Of a stretch of 64,000 bases of DNA, positions 59,361 through 64,000 are shown piece after piece. A program made the translations under genes and the position numbers. Every line of letters starts with the position of its first letter. Within the stretch, counting starts at the first letter, position 1. The notes beneath the pieces are model-generated. The model was not told where the DNA came from and made no database searches. It saw nothing but the letters and a program-made list of their open reading frames with translations. Source of the stretch: Marsupella aquatica (Eukaryota; Plantae; Marchantiophyta); contig OZ316896.1 in assembly GCA_973895155.1 (NCBI GenBank), forward strand, positions 17,844,754-17,908,753, read 5' to 3'.

Positions 59361-62300
59361 CGTCATTTGGGATGTCAATGTCATGGTGATGTATTTCATG
59401 CTGAATATGACTCATAAGGGTCTGGAGGGGATGATTGGCAATATTGGTGGTAGGAGGCGGCCATTAAGGATATTGCATAGCCAACTTTGCCTCCACAACC
59501 ATTTTTGAAGCCCAGTTTCTGCCACATGGAATAGAATCACTCTACTTTTGGAAAAACACTCCCAAGTTGTATCACTTTGGAGTGACTTGCCCAAAGTGGT
59601 ACAAAACACTCTCATTTTGTCATTTGCAGGGGATGCAAAGTCATTTGTGCATTTGACTCAATTTTGTCATTTGTTGAGTGCTGCAAGAAGTAATTGGAGC
59701 AAATGATTATCATAATGGCAAGAGTCATTTACCGTGTTAACCCCCAGGTCAATGCTGTCAAGAAAAGAAGACTGGACTTTGGGGAGATTTTCACAAGGTG
59801 GTGCCAGGTGCTTTTATTTGGTCATTTGTAAGAATTTTTGAGTCATTTGTGCATGTGACTCAATTTTGTAGTCATTTATCAAGTCTCCTGAGACGTCATT
59901 TTTGTGAATGACTGCAAAAGGAGTCATTTGATAAGTCAATGCCTTTGTCATTTATGCACATCACAATATGGCTTTGCCCCTGACTGCATAATTATTGGCG
60001 ATAAGGGGGTACGCCAGGGTGGGTGCAAGCCCTACATTAAGGAGGGTGCAAGCCCTACATTAAGGATGCCACTCACCCCACATGGTGTGGGATAGGGTTA
60101 CATTGTCTATTCACCCTGGTCCCCTCCCACCTTGCATTTATTTTGGAGGGTTGGGGGGTATTTAATTTAATATATTCTTTTGAAGGTGGGTTGAATCTTA
60201 TCTGGTTGGGGCAAATTTGATATATTTAACTTAGCTACAATTGTGGGAATGTCATCTAACTGAAGCTAAGAGTTCAACTTGAAGTTATGGGTTTATCTAC
60301 AGTCGGATTGGGAAGGGGGTTCAGAGTTTGGCCTCTAGTGAACGGCCCACAAAGGTTTTGTATGTTGATTAAAATTGTTCTGATAGAACTTCAATCTTAG
60401 GTTTTAGATGCTTCAGTAGCACGTTGTTTTGACAAGTACCCTAAATCCACAAACAAAGCCTGAGCCTGGAGGAATTCAAGTTACTAGTTCAACATTTGCA
60501 CAGTCAACTTGCCCATTTACATGCTCAAGACCTGTAAGTGACCTGTAAGTCAAGACTTACACTTGTCTAAATTTCCTTTTCTAGCTCAGCTCGTGCATCC
60601 AACTCTTCACACTACAAAGGTCATTCAAATTTGACTTAATTAGGTATCAACAGGGGTCTAAAACATGCCTTTACACTAGATTACACTCTGTCTTACAGGT
60701 CTGTAAAGTTGGGTTTCATGGTGTAACCCTTACTTCCCGCCTCTTATTTCAAACTCTACTCTCTCCACAAACTTGACGCACTCTCACGCGCATCAACTTT
60801 GTTAGCTCTCTAGCTATGGCTGCCCGTCAAAAATTATGGAGCTCTTCCACTGATCGGGTTCCTCTCGATTCAAATACTCCCGATGGCCCGCTCGATGGAA
60901 TGTACTAAGAACTCTACTAAAAAATCTTTTGATTTGCAATGTTTGTTTCCTCCCTGTCGGCCTTCCTCATTTCTTGAATTTGAATGCCTTGCTAGTAGAT
61001 TTGGGAGCGGTGTGACCAATGTCCGCACACTTTATTCTAATTACCAGCTGCGCTTTCGCTCTCTAATTTAATCTTCAAATAGACCCAAGCATGTTGCCAT
61101 CTACGCCCACGATACTCAGTCTTTTTTAGTTTGACTTGAACATGGATGCTGCCAAACAGTTCTTGCACGAGGCTCAATCCTCGACCAATTCTTTCCATCT
61201 CCATGACTGAGTGCCCCAAAAGCTTTACCTCTTGCTGTCGCTCCGCTGCGCCCGAAGCTCAATGATATTGTAATCCCGATTGTAATGTGCCAGGGCTCGG
61301 CCTCCAGCCTTTCCTCCACTGCATTTACTCTGCGGCCAAAGCTCCTTTGATGTTGAAATGTGCCAGTGTGACTGAAGTCTGTGATTCACGTCGCTGGCCA
61401 GTGGAGTCTGCGTTTTGCCCTTCCAAAGGTCTGTTTTTAACCTCTCTAATTCGTGGAAGTAGCATTCTTTGAACTTGGAGGAAGGGACCTTCAATGTGTG
61501 TTGAAGACTGGAGATCGAAAGTGGAGACTGGAACATAGCTTGCTTGCTTTGATCTTTCTGAGGTGATCTGTTAACATTAATGCGTTGAGCTCTGTGAGCA
61601 GTTGAAGACCTCAAAGTTGACGCCCAAGATGTTCCCAGTGTTATGATTGTTTTGCAGTTTGATTCCCCCGGGCAAATTTTGGGGAGACGATGAAAGAATT
61701 TCTCTTTCAATAAGCTTTTTAGTGCCGTTCTAGATATTGTAGGGTTTTGTCTGGCTTTGTCCTATGGAATATACAGGATGATAGACGGGGTAGGTCCTGG
61801 TGTCAATTTTCAACATTAATGCTTGAAATTGCCGTTCGAAGATTTATATATCCTGGTTCAATGACAATGTTTATGTGGAATCTAGAGTCTTGTTGTTGAT
61901 GCTAGACAACGTACACTGCCAACTCGCTCTTCTCCCTGGCGATTCCTACTTGTTTTTTGTAGGTGGCTTTTGGTTTGATAAAGCAAGATAGGTGGAACCC
62001 TCTCTCCCTATCGGTTATGGTGAGGGGATAGGAATCTTTGAAACTTTTTGTTGGCAGCTTTTTGTTCAGTAATTTTTGTTGGCACTTGTCTCAATGATTA
62101 GGTTTTCTTGAAACTGCTCCACGTTAACATCTCCAAGGAATCAAGAGTCTACTTCAGAATCAGATTTTGTTCTTATCAATGCACATTCTAACCCAAGTGG
62201 AGGTAAACAATGGATGCTCAGGATCTCCAAAGCACTCTAGGCTGCTGTGCATCGAAGATAGAGAAAAGGGGAATGAAGGCTGGCGATGGGAGATATAGTG

Positions 62301-63487
62301 GAATGCAGCACAGGCCGTGGAATTGTTTTGCTGCCAAGTTTTGAGATCCGAACAAAAAGGAGAGGAAAGGGCTGCGCATGTTGCTTCAATTCAATGCCCA
62401 AAAATCCTGCTTTGCCTTGATTTGTCAATGCATTCTCCCTGGTATGCAGTCCGGTACGTGCACCATCTGCAGAATATTTTTAAAATGTGGACACTCGTTT
62501 CTTGATTGTATTTAGACCTGGAATGGCTTCTTTTATTTGGCAGAATGGATGCCAGGCTGCTGCAACTAGTCGTTGTGTGCAAGAAAAGAGGATGCATGAA
62601 ATTACTTTCACATTGTAACTGGTCATGATTAATTTGAAGCTTTCAGTAGCTGGGAAATGTATCAAAAATGCAAAGGCATCTAGGCTGGATGAAAAATTTT
62701 GTTTGGAAATATTCTAATTAATACTAGTTCACGGCCTCTTGAATGACAGATGCTGTGATGTAAATAATGTTCTTTGTACATTGCACTCAAAATGAGCGTC
62801 TTTGTAGTTAATTTTGACCGTATGAATATTTGGGGTAGGATGAGACTAGGGTTAGTGCTGCTCATAGAGTTCGTCAAAAGGCCGTTGAATCATTTTTAAT
62901 TTCTGTTTCAAAGTTCAATGGAGGACAGGAAGCACTGTTGACGATAGACTTTGTTGCACATGCATACTTCTAAGTGGAAATCTCTATAATTAGCAGGAGA
63001 AATGAAATGGCTTTCCTGCTTTAGTTGTTCTTTGCTCTTATTTTCCTACTTTCAAGAGGAGATGCTTCTGAATGTCTGGAGAGTGGAGAGAGATCTAGCC
63101 ACTTGCCTATGTTAGACAAACTTACAGTGCCAAGTCGCTCTTATCCTGGCTATTTCTACAGTAGTTGTTTTTTGTAGGTGGCTTTTGGTCTGATAGGACA
63201 AGATAGTTGGAACCCAACTGCCTTGCCTTCAGTTACAATTTTGGAAGTCATGATGTCATCTTTTGGCTTTGGGATCTTTCATTCTGAGCCTGCACAAAAT
63301 TATCTTACAAGTGTCGGTTGCGGTGAGGTGATAGGCTAGGAATCTTTGAAGCTTTTTGTTTGCAGCTATTTGTTCAGTGCCTTGTGTTGGCAGCTTTTTG
63401 TTTAGTATACAGGTATTTTTCTAATGTTATAATGTGCACTTTATTATGCATCATTCTCATGCGTGACAAAAATTTCCTATGTTGCAG

Positions 63488-63956
63488 GCTGATGCTAAGG
63501 ATGAGTACACAGACCCAGCCAGAATTCAAAATGTAATGAAAAATTATTCTCATTTCATTTCAATCCCAATCTACACCTATCAAGAAAATTCAAGGACAAA
63601 AGAGGTAACAAGAGCAGTGCCATATTGTGCTTGCGCTCTGTGTATCCTCCATGGGCTGCTACTCATCCTTGTACATGATTACTTGCTTGGATAGCTTGAA
63701 GATTAAGAATCGGCTTCTCCTGAAGGTGCCTCCAAGGAAGCTACTAAGGTAGGGTCTGAATGAATGTTTTGTCCCCATGGAATTTTACGTCCACATATGA
63801 TTGGATCAAATCATTTGTAATATGATTGTCATATTGTTCTACTTTTCTTTTGGAATTCTTACGAAAGAATGATGTGGCCTGTGCATAAGAAGACGAAGAA
63901 AGTCAGAGAAATATTGGGATTGGGAGCTGCTGACAAATGAGACAAAACACCTTTGG
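63488..63956 (+). pseudogene. HSP90: Organellar-type (plastid/mitochondrial) HSP90 gene fragment, disabled
   Basis: Exon 63488-63604 encodes ADAKDEYTDPARIQNVMKNYSHFISIPIYTYQENSRTKE. Exon 63695-63748 has an in-frame TAA. Exon ~63888-63956 encodes KKTKKV..EKYWDWEL..NETKHLW with a frameshift. Runs off the window end. Confidence 0.75.
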
Positions 63957-64000
63957 GTGAGTCAGTTTACTGTTCAAGATACCTGGTTTTACTAACTGTA

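Noticed and set aside
60331-60340. CTAGTG as the right TIR of the CACTA element
   Set aside because: Does not match TTTTCTACTAGTG beyond 6 nt and there is no matching 3-bp TSD.
60817-61710. Short ORFs that could be a gene 5' end
   Set aside because: No recognisable homology or consistent exon chain.

Overview
Eukaryotic, intron-containing plant DNA, most consistent with a non-seed plant such as a liverwort or moss (inferred from the gene family, not proven). The first ~41 kb is a cluster of alpha/beta-hydrolase-NB-ARC-LRR immune receptor genes (HNL class): copy 1 (+, 1546-7426, one frameshift), copy 2 (+, 21980-27781, apparently intact), a truncated copy 4 (+, ~30.4-31.8 kb), an inverted chimeric copy 3 (-, 39669-33765, one in-frame stop) and LRR relics. 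The most striking feature is that these HNLs carry an NBR1-type ZZ zinc-finger exon between NB-ARC and LRR, embedded in a run of symmetric phase-0 micro-exons. The ZZ is intact in copies 1 and 3 but has lost 3 of 4 cysteines in copy 2. The cluster is interleaved with transposons: a long-TIR/foldback element with nested insertions, a solo LTR, a Helitron and two LINE insertions. The last 16 kb holds a decayed Kolobok-like DNA transposon (transposase plus convergent KolX-like ORF), a CACTA left end with a ~409-bp tandem array, and an organellar HSP90 pseudogene fragment. Exon boundaries were read by eye from GT-AG signals and paralog comparison and need RNA-seq confirmation.
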